Assembly (NCBI GenBank): GCA_964394855.1
Contig: CAYMZD010000003.1
Span: 94,041-158,040 of the forward strand
Direction of reading: 5' to 3'
DNA length: 64,000 nt
DNA from: an uncultured Gammaproteobacteria bacterium
GTDB taxonomy: Bacteria > Patescibacteriota > Microgenomatia > Daviesbacterales > UBA10151
The notes beneath the pieces were generated by a model. The model was given only the letters and a program-made list of their open reading frames with translations. It was not told the DNA's origin and did no database searches. Numbering within the stretch: the stretch's first letter is position 1; each line of letters begins with the position of its first letter. The position numbers and the translations under genes were made by a program. Below, in pieces: positions 40,306 through 50,287 of this stretch.

Positions 40306-41073
40306 CTAGACTACCCGAAATTGCAAATTATGAGCCTTATCATAACTTCGCAAAATTTTTAATCTATAAAATACCTTTAAAGTATCCCAAGCCATCTTCA
40401 GTGAAGTATTCCATTTCACTCTGGTAGCACTTTTACTAAAAGTTACCTCAATGGGGGCTTCATAAATTCTTTTAAAGCCTAAATGTTTTGCCACCAATAA
40501 CATCTCAATATCCATGGCATAAGTATCTATCAGTAACCTTGGTAAAATTTTTTGTATGACTTTCCTTTTAAAAATTTTAATCCCCGATTGGGTATCAGTC
40601 AGTGGAAGACCAAATAAAAACTTTACCCCAAAATGATAACCAATACTTAAAATGTGTCTTAAAAAGGGATAATTTACTCTGGAAACCGGATGTCTTTTGG
40701 AACCAACAATAATATCGGCATTATACCATTCCATATGAGATAAAAGCATCATCACACCCTTGGGAGAAATATCACGACCGGCATCTAAAAAGGAAATTAA
40801 ATCTCCTTTGGCTTTTTGCATCCCGTATCTGACGGCAAAACCCTTACCTTTATTCTCCGGGTAGAATAAAATTTTAATTTTCCTGGATTTTATTTTTTGG
40901 GTTTCTTTTAAAGTTTTGTCAACTATCCCATCTACAACACAAATAATCTCAAAGCTTACCCCCTTTAAACCTATCTTTAAAACTTTTTCAATATTAAGAA
41001 GGTCTCTTCGAATTGTCTTTTCCTGTTTGTAGGCTGGGACCACCACCGATAATAACATAGGCGAAGTATACAC
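40306..41073 (-). CDS. GT2 family glycosyltransferase
   Basis: 'MLLSVVVPAYKQEKTI...EIICVVDG' GT2 motif. Confidence 0.7.
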   Translation of the reverse strand: MYTSPMLLSVVVPAYKQEKTIRRDLLNIEKVLKIGLKGVSFEIICVVDGIVDKTLKETQKIKSRKIKILFYPENKGKGFAVRYGMQKAKGDLISFLDAGRDISPKGVMMLLSHMEWYNADIIVGSKRHPVSRVNYPFLRHILSIGYHFGVKFLFGLPLTDTQSGIKIFKRKVIQKILPRLLIDTYAMDIEMLLVAKHLGFKRIYEAPIEVTFSKSATRVKWNTSLKMAWDTLKVFYRLKILRSYDKAHNLQFRVV

Positions 41074-42289
41074 AAAGTGTACCCAGCAGTAAAGCTGCTG
41101 TCAAAATATTTATTTTTAATACTTCCAGGATAGAACTGTGCCTCAAATATAAAAGTATTGCTTGCATCGAAGCTGCAAAAACAAAAATGAAAACAACCTT
41201 AGGTTTGTCAATTGATAGAAAAAATTGTATGAAAAGCAAAGAAAGCGATAAAAGTGCCATGAATATGCCAAAAAGCCATAGCATGGGTGCACCTTGCAGA
41301 AACTCACTGCCATAAAGAATATTAATAAAGACCTGCGGTAGAAAATAATAAAATACAATTAAAGTTAGCGAAATTACTAATGTCAGAATTAAGCTAAAAA
41401 AGAATATTTTTTTTACCGACCGACCTTCTGAAAATTTCTTTGCTACAAAGGGGAACATCACCTGTAAGATTGGCGTTGAACCGAAAAAAATTATTCTCCC
41501 TAAAACAGATAGTGATGCATAAATACCTGCTTCTTGAGAAGATAAAAAATGCTTAACCAGGATTAAATCAGTAGAATACATGGAATTTAGCGCCAATCCC
41601 TGTAAAAGCACCGGAAATGAATATTTCGCCACAGGTAAAACTCTAGGCATTTTTTGCCTATTGCCTTCAAGATATGGAGCTAAAGAAATTCTGGTTATTA
41701 AAAAAACAAAAACAGCAGATAAAATTAAACTTACCACCGCCCCAAAAACTGCCCACCCCCAAAGAATAAATAAAACTGTCAAGGTAATTTTTAAAACTGC
41801 CTCCGAGATATAACTTATGGATAGAGTTTTAAATTTTAAAAGTCCTTGTAAAATTGAGCGGTGGATATAAATAATGGAAAAAAAGAATATAAAAATAGGC
41901 AAAATATAAATTGATATTTTAGGGTTAATATTTAAAAAATTAGCAATTAAGGGAGACAGTACCAGGAAAAGTACTGTTAGGAAGCCGGCCAACATTAAAC
42001 CCCAAAAGTGAAACCATTTAACGAAATTGGCAGTCGTATTTAATCTTTTTTGTTGAGCTATAAATTTTACAATAGTTAAACCTAAGGCCAGTTGGACAAT
42101 GCCGAAATATGTTATGACAGATATAATTGCAGCTAAATCACCATATAAAGCTTTACCCAATAATCTTCCTGCTAAAAAATGATAAATAAATTGACCCAAA
42201 TTATAAAAATTACTTCCCAAAAGCATAATAAAGCTGTTCGTTAAAAATTGGTTACGAAATAAGTTTGAAATTTTTTTCATGATACCCAA
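40994..42289 (-). CDS. Wzx-like oligosaccharide flippase (MOP/polysaccharide biosynthesis protein family)
   Basis: 12 or more TM helices; N-terminal 'FLAGRLLGKALYGDLAAIISVITYFGIVQ' typical of Wzx/PST family; probable start 'MKKIS' at 42277. Confidence 0.6.
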   Translation of the reverse strand: MGIMKKISNLFRNQFLTNSFIMLLGSNFYNLGQFIYHFLAGRLLGKALYGDLAAIISVITYFGIVQLALGLTIVKFIAQQKRLNTTANFVKWFHFWGLMLAGFLTVLFLVLSPLIANFLNINPKISIYILPIFIFFFSIIYIHRSILQGLLKFKTLSISYISEAVLKITLTVLFILWGWAVFGAVVSLILSAVFVFLITRISLAPYLEGNRQKMPRVLPVAKYSFPVLLQGLALNSMYSTDLILVKHFLSSQEAGIYASLSVLGRIIFFGSTPILQVMFPFVAKKFSEGRSVKKIFFFSLILTLVISLTLIVFYYFLPQVFINILYGSEFLQGAPMLWLFGIFMALLSLSLLFIQFFLSIDKPKVVFIFVFAASMQAILLYLRHSSILEVLKINILTAALLLGTLCVYFAYVIIGGGPSLQTGKDNSKRPS

Positions 42290-43440
42290 TACCCCCTGAT
42301 AAACATCATCGTTTCAAATCCTAACCATATAATTAAACTACTAAAAATTAATATTTTTAACCACAGAGAAAATCTATTCATCATTATAGCCAAACTCAAG
42401 AAACTGGGAAAAAGAATCAATACATATCTGGGAACGGAGGAAAAACTTCCCTGAATGGTTGGCAGTAAGAAACTAACTAAAGCAAAAATAAGATACGAGA
42501 GACGAATTTTTTGAAAAAATCCGTAAATTGGCAAAATAAAAAAAACTACTCCTACCACAAACTCCAACAATATGGTTGAATAAATAGGATTATAAAAATC
42601 AGTGGTAGTTAGCATTTTGATATATCTTAGATAAACTTGAGGTAAAAGCGTCAACCCTCCCTGATGTTGCTCTCCCACTATTTTTTGCAAATGATAAAAA
42701 GCCAATGGATCACCTGTTATCATCCATTGATAAACCATGTAAGATAACAAGCCAATGGGAATAATAAATATCCAAAAAAATTTTTTAATAGGGATTTTTT
42801 GTTGCCATAGTTCTATTAGATATGAAGGTAAAAGTATTAAGCCAAAAATTCTGGTGGCAGAAGAAATTGCTCCAAATACAGAGGATAGGAAAAAATTGTT
42901 TTGCCTTAAAAAATAAAAGCTGCTAACCATCAAGAGCAAAAAAAATGATTCATTATAGAGGGACCCAAAATAAAACGAGGTGGGAAAGATAAAAATTAAG
43001 ATAATTGTAAGACGTGCCACCTGCTCTGAATAATCTAATAAAATTAATTTATAAAGAATAAAAAGAGCCACTAAAAATGACAGATTAGAAATAACTAATC
43101 CTGCCACTACTAAATTTAATTGATTTATATCTACTAGAGAGGCTAAAAATCTCATTAACATTGGATAAACCGGAAAAAATGCTTGCTCCAACCCCCTATA
43201 ACCAATTTGGGCAATAGAGAGATAGTGCTCCCCATCAAAATTTCCCCAAGCAAAAAGCCAAGGAAAATTTAAGTAATTTTCATAACCCCCACCCAAAAAA
43301 TTTTTACCAGCAAGAGGGAAAAACACTAGTGCCACCAATAACACCAAAAATAAATAAACTCTCCAGATAAAAAATAATAAAATTATAAATTTAAGTTTTT
43401 TATTTTTCACAAATATTTTTATAAACTTCCACTGTTTCAT
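42277..43440 (-). CDS. Integral membrane protein, GT-C-like (possible mannosyltransferase; 'NFDGEHY' loop motif)
   Basis: 10 or more TM helices; acidic motif in first loop. Confidence 0.4.
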   Translation of the reverse strand: MKQWKFIKIFVKNKKLKFIILLFFIWRVYLFLVLLVALVFFPLAGKNFLGGGYENYLNFPWLFAWGNFDGEHYLSIAQIGYRGLEQAFFPVYPMLMRFLASLVDINQLNLVVAGLVISNLSFLVALFILYKLILLDYSEQVARLTIILIFIFPTSFYFGSLYNESFFLLLMVSSFYFLRQNNFFLSSVFGAISSATRIFGLILLPSYLIELWQQKIPIKKFFWIFIIPIGLLSYMVYQWMITGDPLAFYHLQKIVGEQHQGGLTLLPQVYLRYIKMLTTTDFYNPIYSTILLEFVVGVVFFILPIYGFFQKIRLSYLIFALVSFLLPTIQGSFSSVPRYVLILFPSFLSLAIMMNRFSLWLKILIFSSLIIWLGFETMMFIRGYWVS

Positions 43441-44467
43441 CGGTTGTTTTTTCCCAAGAAAATATCTCTGCTTGTAAAATTCCCAATTTAGATAATTTAT
43501 TTCTTAAAGAAGCATCCTCCAATAGTCTACTTAATAATTCGAAAAATTGCTCGGGATTTTGGGGATTAAAATATAAAGCAGCATCCCCCCCCACCTCCTT
43601 TAAACTACCGGTGTTAGAGGAGATAACAGGACAACCACACCTCATAGCTTCTAGAATTGGCAAACCAAATCCTTCATAAAGAGAAGGTTGGACATAAACA
43701 GTAGCTAAATTATAAAATCCCACCAAATCATCCGCTGGTACTTGACCAGGCATTAAAATTTTCTCTCTTAGTTTAAATTTATCAATTTTGTAGAAAACCT
43801 GTCTTAAGCTATCTAATTCTGGATGGATAATATTATCAATTTTTTTCAAAAATACTCCTCCGACCAAAACTAACCTCATCTCTCCAAAACTACTCCCTAA
43901 TTTTTTAAAACAATCTATTAAGAAAGGTAGATTTTTAACGAAATTTGCATCGCCAACATAAAGTAAAAATTTTTTTGGCAATTTGTATTTTTTTTGAACT
44001 CTCAATTTTTCTGAATCTGAAAGAAGTTTAAAATTTTCATCTGCAGCCAAGGGGATCACCTGCACTTTTTCCCCAGAAATCTTCAAAGTCTTCACAATAT
44101 CGGATTTTGAAATTTTAGAATCTGTTATGATGGCTTTACAACTTTTTAATGCTAGTCTTTGCAAGAAAAAATTTAATTTGCCCTTGATCCCAATAGGATA
44201 TGCCTGTTGAAACAGTAGCGGAATAACATCATGAACTGTCACCACTGTGGGAAACTTTTTTCTAATAGGCAGTGTGTGGAAAAATAAATCAAACCAAGGA
44301 AAGTGCATAACATCTACCTCTTTAATTTCGGAGGTTTTATCAAATTCTAAAACCTCCACATCAGTTCTTTTTTTAAGCTGCTCTAGCAAATTTCTAGTAT
44401 AAGCACCTATACCCCTTGCTTGATGTGCTGTATTAAGTGGAAATGTATTTATGGCAACTTTCATCAT
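43400..44467 (-). CDS. GT4 family glycosyltransferase
   Basis: 'MMKVAINTFPL...ARGIGAYTRNLL', 'EGFGLPILEAMRCGCPVISS'; contains a C8 tract at 43585..43592. Confidence 0.75.
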   Translation of the reverse strand: MMKVAINTFPLNTAHQARGIGAYTRNLLEQLKKRTDVEVLEFDKTSEIKEVDVMHFPWFDLFFHTLPIRKKFPTVVTVHDVIPLLFQQAYPIGIKGKLNFFLQRLALKSCKAIITDSKISKSDIVKTLKISGEKVQVIPLAADENFKLLSDSEKLRVQKKYKLPKKFLLYVGDANFVKNLPFLIDCFKKLGSSFGEMRLVLVGGVFLKKIDNIIHPELDSLRQVFYKIDKFKLREKILMPGQVPADDLVGFYNLATVYVQPSLYEGFGLPILEAMRCGCPVISSNTGSLKEVGGDAALYFNPQNPEQFFELLSRLLEDASLRNKLSKLGILQAEIFSWEKTTDETVEVYKNICEK

Positions 44468-45324
44468 TTTTTAAGATATCTAAAGTAAGCCCTGGGAAAT
44501 CTCAAAGATGAAAAAAGCGAGAAAATAATTCCTTGAAACCCATCTAATATACCTTTGTGTCTCATTTGAGTCCATAAAAACCACCACAATGGTTTAATCA
44601 GAAAATAATTTATCAGTTGAGACAAATTTTTATCTACCCTTTGATCTTTAAGTTCGGCTGCGATTAAATCAATGTAACGACTGTTTCTTTCTAAGTAACG
44701 CCCAAAAGTGGGATCAGCTATATGTAATAAGTCACTTGCTAACCATCCTACACGTCCTTCGACTGCAATTTGTTCATGAACGCTTTTACAAGGAAAATAT
44801 GCTTTATTTTTTTTAACTAATCTAATTACTCCATCCGGATAAACTCCACCATATCTTAGAAATTTTCCCAAAAAAAAGTTCAGTCTGGGAATAAAAAATG
44901 CATCATAAGAACCATTATCTTTACCTATTTTCCCATCTCTTTTTTCTATTAAGCTCTGATGCCGCAGGAAAAGCTTTCTGTTTTTCAAAGATTGTTGATA
45001 TTTTTCTAACTGCTCATCATCCATCTGAGTCACATTCATAATTTCCATTGCCAATTTGCGACTTACTCTTTCGTCTGCATCCAATTGTAATATCCACTGA
45101 TTGCTGGCTAAATCCAAGGCTATCTGTTTATTGATATGAAATATGGCAGGATTATCTCTAACCTCTATCTTGGCCCCAAATCGTTTAGCAACCTCTACTG
45201 TCTGATCGCTAGATGACCCATCCACAATGACAATTTCATCAGCTAAACCAGCTACTGATTTTAAACAATCACCAATATTTTTTTCTTCATTAAAAGTGGC
45301 TAAAACCACTGAAAGTTTCTTCAT
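44464..45324 (-). CDS. GT2 family glycosyltransferase
   Basis: 'LSVVLATFNEEKNI...EIVIVDGSSSDQT', 'LDADERV'. Confidence 0.75.
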   Translation of the reverse strand: MKKLSVVLATFNEEKNIGDCLKSVAGLADEIVIVDGSSSDQTVEVAKRFGAKIEVRDNPAIFHINKQIALDLASNQWILQLDADERVSRKLAMEIMNVTQMDDEQLEKYQQSLKNRKLFLRHQSLIEKRDGKIGKDNGSYDAFFIPRLNFFLGKFLRYGGVYPDGVIRLVKKNKAYFPCKSVHEQIAVEGRVGWLASDLLHIADPTFGRYLERNSRYIDLIAAELKDQRVDKNLSQLINYFLIKPLWWFLWTQMRHKGILDGFQGIIFSLFSSLRFPRAYFRYLKK

Positions 45325-46985
45325 GTTCCTAAAATTAAAAATGCTGGCTGACCATTGGGGAAGTCAACTCTGTCCATTATTTTAACATCTTTGGGGATTT
45401 CATCCTCTGTTCCTATAAATAAGGTGTCCTTTTGGTTTTTGATTTCTTCTGGATCAATTTTTCTAAACTGATATTTGTCAAAACTTCTCACGGTCCCAAA
45501 GTTAAATTTATCTCTAGGGGAAAGCTTGGCTTGTGGTTGATATTTTTTAGGATCATATTTTTTGTAAAACAAAAGTAGAATGTAAGGTTGATCATATCTA
45601 TCTGTAATTATTATATTATTATAGTGTGGTTCATACTGAACCAACTTAGACACCATTTGCTTAAAACCATATTCGAAGGCTTGAGGATATCTTTCGGGAT
45701 AATGAATATAATAGCTTTCTAAGTAATGAGTAAATTCAAATACTATTATAATAATTATAAAAATTATAATAGTTATATTAAAAAACCTTTTAAATTCTCT
45801 TAATTTTTTTATTACCATCCATAAACCATAACCCATTACCAAAGTCAGGGGTATTACTAAATTCAGCGCTCTTAGGGCGTGTGGTGTTTGAAAAGTTACG
45901 CTTGATGCCAAGGGTGCTATTAAAATCCAAAATATTAAAAGCTTGGCGTGGTTAATCTTAAATTTAACTAAAGCAACTAAACCCAAAATTAAGAATAAAG
46001 ATTCAATCACAAAAAATTGTCCAGTTTCCGGTACTTTATTTCGAATAATAGGATCACCATTTATAAAAAGAAAGTCGGGTTTAAAATGATCCAGGTAATG
46101 ACCCAAAAAGCTCGGGACATAAGCTGTCAGTTTGTTATGTAAAATTTGATTGGATAAACTATGGAGATCACCATGCTCCCCCCTAAGCTCATCCACTCTT
46201 GATACAGGCCCAGCATCTGCCAAAAATGACAGTCCTTCAAATCTGGCACTCCCAGTACCGGACAAAAACTGAAATGCTAGTGGCATGGCGAAAAAAAGCA
46301 GTACACCAGTCGATATCAATATTTTCCTTACTCTTAACTTACTAAGTATCAGGGTAAAATCCTGTCTATATAAAGTAAATAAAATAACCAGAAAAACTGG
46401 CACTATTAAACGGGGGCTTTGATAGATATACATGGAAACAAGAAATGAGAATAAACTCCACCATAATAAATAAAAATTTGATAGCCCTTTTAGAAAAAGC
46501 AAAATTCCTAAAGTTATGAAAAATGTAGCCGCATTTGTCTCCCAGCCACCCCTTGAAAAATGCAGGTGCCAAGGAGAGATGGCTAAAAGCAGACTAGACA
46601 AAATCCCCACCCATCTGTTTTTGAAAACTTCTTTGGCTAAAAAATATATTAAAATAACTGTACCAATACCTAAAAGTGCCGAAGGGAGCCTGATGGCCCA
46701 TTCATCTAAGCCAAGTGTGGCTACAAAGGGGATTACAAAATAAAAGTACAGTCCAGGTTTATAATCCCCAAATGATTTGAAAGTTAAAGGCCAAAAGCTA
46801 CCATACTCGTCTTTACCTGTTTGCCAAATGGAATAGGCATTATAACCAATAGATGCCTCATCGCCATTAAATCCTGCTGGATATTGATCTAGAGCCCAAA
46901 GTCGCAAAACTGCAGCTAAAATTAATATTAAAATAAATAAAATTCTAAATTTCATCTTTTTTAAGTCCTTATAAAGTTTCAACAA
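45321..46985 (-). CDS. GT-C fold glycosyltransferase, PMT_2/GT39-like (tandem paralog 1 of 5)
   Basis: 'GFNGDEASIGYNAYSIWQTGKDEYGSFWPLTFKSFGDYKPGLYFY' first-loop motif; 11 or more TM helices. Confidence 0.7.
   Translation of the reverse strand: MLKLYKDLKKMKFRILFILILILAAVLRLWALDQYPAGFNGDEASIGYNAYSIWQTGKDEYGSFWPLTFKSFGDYKPGLYFYFVIPFVATLGLDEWAIRLPSALLGIGTVILIYFLAKEVFKNRWVGILSSLLLAISPWHLHFSRGGWETNAATFFITLGILLFLKGLSNFYLLWWSLFSFLVSMYIYQSPRLIVPVFLVILFTLYRQDFTLILSKLRVRKILISTGVLLFFAMPLAFQFLSGTGSARFEGLSFLADAGPVSRVDELRGEHGDLHSLSNQILHNKLTAYVPSFLGHYLDHFKPDFLFINGDPIIRNKVPETGQFFVIESLFLILGLVALVKFKINHAKLLIFWILIAPLASSVTFQTPHALRALNLVIPLTLVMGYGLWMVIKKLREFKRFFNITIIIFIIIIIVFEFTHYLESYYIHYPERYPQAFEYGFKQMVSKLVQYEPHYNNIIITDRYDQPYILLLFYKKYDPKKYQPQAKLSPRDKFNFGTVRSFDKYQFRKIDPEEIKNQKDTLFIGTEDEIPKDVKIMDRVDFPNGQPAFLILGT
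46810..46847. repeat. 38-nt exact DNA repeat shared with 48443..48480 (adjacent PMT_2 paralogs)
   Basis: tctttacctgtttgccaaatggaataggcattataacc is present in both genes and encodes the conserved 'AYSIWQTGKDE' block. Confidence 0.8.
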
Positions 46986-48594
46986 TCTTTAGCGCCCGCT
47001 CGCCATTTAGGAAATTTATCTCTTTTAAAACTTTAAACTCCTTAAATGGTAGTATGTCTTTATCTGGTAATTCTTCTTCCGGACCCACAAACAGAGTATT
47101 TTTTAATCCCCTATCTGATGGCCAATAAATGTGGCGAAACTCAATACTATCAATTCTTCTGACAGTTCCCACATCAACAGTTGGTTGATCTAAGATGGCT
47201 TGTTTTTGAAATTTTTCAGGAGGATATTTTGAATAAAATAAATAATAAATATAGGGCTGCCCGTAAGAATCACTAATAATCACCTTTTGATATTGATCCA
47301 TCAAAGGTTTTATTTCCTCTAGCACTTGGCGATATCCATAGAGCCAATATTTTGAATACTCTTTGGGAGCATGAATAAAATATCTATCCAGATAAATTAA
47401 AAAGTTCAAAGCGATCACGACCGTAGTTAAAGCCAAAAAGATATAAAACCATTTCCGAGTCAGTTTCTTGGCAAAATTTAATAATAAAAAGAGACCTCCA
47501 CCTTCCAGGATTGCCAGTGGAACAACCATATTTAAGGCCCGCAGTAAACTAATTAAGTCCCTTGATAAAACAGCTGGCATTGGTGCTAATAAAATCCAGG
47601 CGAGTAAAACCTTACCTCCTAATCCACTAAATTTCACAAAATAAACTATTCCCAAGGGAATTAAAACTGCCGAGAAATAATAAAGCGCTCCCAAATCAGG
47701 AACCCGATGGCGCTGGGAAGCCTCACCATCTATAAATAACATTTTGGGTGAAAAATAAATTAGGTATCGCTCGGCCAATCCTTTGGTATATGTCCACCAC
47801 TCTCCATGCAAAACTTGAAATTCAAAACTACTTTTATTTAACCCATCCTCTTTTGAAATATTAGTTATCTCTGCTGGTGAACGTTGATATGCAAAAAGGT
47901 TTTGGACCATTAGTCTTGAAGTTTGACCAGTTAAAAATGTACTAAAAAATAAAATTATTAAAAAAATTGTAAATATTGATAGCCCGATAAATCCTTTCCT
48001 AAAACTAATTATTAAGAAGGCAACTAAAATTGGTAAAAATACTCTAGATCCTTGATATGTAAAAAGGGCTATTCCCCACACTAGCGCCCCCCAAAGGAAC
48101 AATTTTTTCTGATTTAGTCCCCTAATAAATAAATAAGTTCCCAATAAATTTAGAAATAAAGCTACATTAGCCTCAAAAGCAGGTCTGGAAAATTGAATAT
48201 GCCAAGGACTAATAGTTAAAAAAAATGATGAAAAGAGTGCTAAATGTTCATTTTTAAATAATGCTTTTACCAAAAAATAGATTAATGCTACAGTAGCAAT
48301 ACCAAATATAACTGATGGAAGTCTCACAGCAAACTCGTTTAACCCCAAAATGGCCACAAAAGGGACGTCCAGATAAGCATAAACAGCTGGTTTAAAATCC
48401 CCAAAAGATTTCAAATTTAGGGGCAAGACTGCCCCATATTCATCTTTACCTGTTTGCCAAATGGAATAGGCATTATAACCTAGCGCAGCTTCATCCCAAG
48501 TTAGCCCAGGCGGATTAGATGATAAACTCCAAAATCTTAATATTCCAGCCAAGATAAGAATAACTAATAGAAGATAGTATTGTTTAACAAGCAC
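46969..48594 (-). CDS. GT-C fold glycosyltransferase, PMT_2/GT39-like (paralog 2 of 5)
   Basis: 'LTWDEAALGYNAYSIWQTGKDEYGAVLPLNLKSFGDFKPAVYAY'. Confidence 0.7.
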   Translation of the reverse strand: MLVKQYYLLLVILILAGILRFWSLSSNPPGLTWDEAALGYNAYSIWQTGKDEYGAVLPLNLKSFGDFKPAVYAYLDVPFVAILGLNEFAVRLPSVIFGIATVALIYFLVKALFKNEHLALFSSFFLTISPWHIQFSRPAFEANVALFLNLLGTYLFIRGLNQKKLFLWGALVWGIALFTYQGSRVFLPILVAFLIISFRKGFIGLSIFTIFLIILFFSTFLTGQTSRLMVQNLFAYQRSPAEITNISKEDGLNKSSFEFQVLHGEWWTYTKGLAERYLIYFSPKMLFIDGEASQRHRVPDLGALYYFSAVLIPLGIVYFVKFSGLGGKVLLAWILLAPMPAVLSRDLISLLRALNMVVPLAILEGGGLFLLLNFAKKLTRKWFYIFLALTTVVIALNFLIYLDRYFIHAPKEYSKYWLYGYRQVLEEIKPLMDQYQKVIISDSYGQPYIYYLFYSKYPPEKFQKQAILDQPTVDVGTVRRIDSIEFRHIYWPSDRGLKNTLFVGPEEELPDKDILPFKEFKVLKEINFLNGERALKIVETL

Positions 48595-48598
48595 ATCT

Positions 48599-50287
48599 TT
48601 ATTGTACCTGGGGAAGTTCCACTATATCAAATGCCGGTTTACCATCTAGGAAGTTGGTAGTTTGGAGAAACTTACTACCACTGGGATAATTCCCCGGGCT
48701 TGTTATTAATAAACTATTCATTCTTAAGTTTTCATTCCCGCCTTTGGCGAGGCTCGCCTCTGGCGGCCTAACTCTATTTTTTACTTCCCAATCATTAACA
48801 AAATAGTATTTATCAAATCGATCTACCCAATACCAATTTGATTTTGGGTATCTTATTAAATTAGGGTCTTGTTGATATTTGGCCGGGTCATATTGTAAAT
48901 AAAAAAGTAAAAATTCATGTGGTTCCCCATATTTTTTGGTGATAAAAATTTGATCATACTGACCAGCGTTTTGTTTAATATAATCAGCCACTTCTCTGTA
49001 ACCATATTGCCAAGCAAATGAATAATTCTGTGGATAAATAAACCAAAAATTATAAAAATAATTTACCAAAGATGTCACTATAATTATTAAAAAAATTGTT
49101 AATACAGCCGGTTTGAATTTCGCGGCCCTACCTTTAAACCAGCTCAAAAATATTCCCCATCCCAAAACTGTAATAATAAATACTACTGGCATCATGGTCA
49201 TGGATCTGACCACCTGGTAGGAATCCCTGGTGATGGCAGCTGGAATTGGTGATAAAATTAGCCAAGTTAAAAGAAATTTTTTATCTGCAGAGTGTTTCTT
49301 AAACCCAAGCACCAGCATTAATAAACCTAGATAAAAAAATGGTAGCTCAACAGGGTATATCACCCCAAAATGCGGTACGCTAAACTGATATTGGGTTCCA
49401 CCTTCTAAACCTAAATAAGTGGGGCTAAAATAACCTAAATAATTAGAGGCAGATTTTGTCAAAAAATAGGTAAATTTATTGTATAAAATTTCTGATAAAG
49501 CAGGCGATAAGTTTGATTGCTGGCGCAGTTTGTTTATTTCATTAATCGCCCCCTCATCTAGTATACCTACCCACACTATCCTGGCCGAACCTGTCGGCGA
49601 TAGTACAACTGGGATTAAGGGCAGAAAGAAAAGAGAAAAAATAAGCAAGCTAGATACTAAAAAGACTTTGCTTTTTTTAATATTTATTCTAAACATAAAG
49701 AGTAACAAAATAAAAATTGCTGGAGCTAAAATCCTGGTATTATGATAAGCATAAGCAGAAATTCCAATGCAGAGCAGGCCAAATATTGACCATTTAAAGC
49801 CGCTGGATATGCCTTTTAGAAAAAGCCAAACTCCAAGAGAGAGAAAAAGTATTGCCGGGGTAGCCTGCAATACTTGACGGCTGGTTAAAATACCCCAAGG
49901 TGAAATAGCAACTAGAAAAGCTGCCAAAAGTGACAATTTAGTGTTTTTTAAAAAATAAGTTACTAATAAATATACAACTATTATCATTAATGAACCAAAC
50001 AAAGCTGAAGGTAACCTGATAGAGAACTCATTTAATCCAAAAAGCAAAATACCAGGCATTGATAAATACATATATAAAGGAGTGGGATAATCTCCATATG
50101 CTCTAAAGTTTGTTATGGGAAGAAGTTGTCCCCATTCATCTTGGCCAGTTTTTAAAATTGAATAGGCATTATATCCATGAGAAACTTCATCCCAATTTAA
50201 ACTTGGAGGATTTTTATCGAGTCCATAAAATCGAAGTATTACTCCCACTATTAAAATCAAAACTAAAGTTAGCTTTGCTCTACTCAT
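48599..50287 (-). CDS. GT-C fold glycosyltransferase, PMT_2/GT39-like (paralog 3 of 5)
   Basis: 'LNWDEVSHGYNAYSILKTGQDEWGQLLPITNFRAYGDYPTPLYMY'. Confidence 0.7.
   Translation of the reverse strand: MSRAKLTLVLILIVGVILRFYGLDKNPPSLNWDEVSHGYNAYSILKTGQDEWGQLLPITNFRAYGDYPTPLYMYLSMPGILLFGLNEFSIRLPSALFGSLMIIVVYLLVTYFLKNTKLSLLAAFLVAISPWGILTSRQVLQATPAILFLSLGVWLFLKGISSGFKWSIFGLLCIGISAYAYHNTRILAPAIFILLLFMFRINIKKSKVFLVSSLLIFSLFFLPLIPVVLSPTGSARIVWVGILDEGAINEINKLRQQSNLSPALSEILYNKFTYFLTKSASNYLGYFSPTYLGLEGGTQYQFSVPHFGVIYPVELPFFYLGLLMLVLGFKKHSADKKFLLTWLILSPIPAAITRDSYQVVRSMTMMPVVFIITVLGWGIFLSWFKGRAAKFKPAVLTIFLIIIVTSLVNYFYNFWFIYPQNYSFAWQYGYREVADYIKQNAGQYDQIFITKKYGEPHEFLLFYLQYDPAKYQQDPNLIRYPKSNWYWVDRFDKYYFVNDWEVKNRVRPPEASLAKGGNENLRMNSLLITSPGNYPSGSKFLQTTNFLDGKPAFDIVELPQVQ
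50130..50168. repeat. 39-nt near-exact (1 mismatch) DNA repeat shared with 55889..55927 (PMT_2 paralogs 3 and 4)
   Basis: ccccattcatcttggcc[a/g]gtttttaaaattgaataggca encodes the 'AYSILKTGQDEWG' block in both. Confidence 0.75.
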
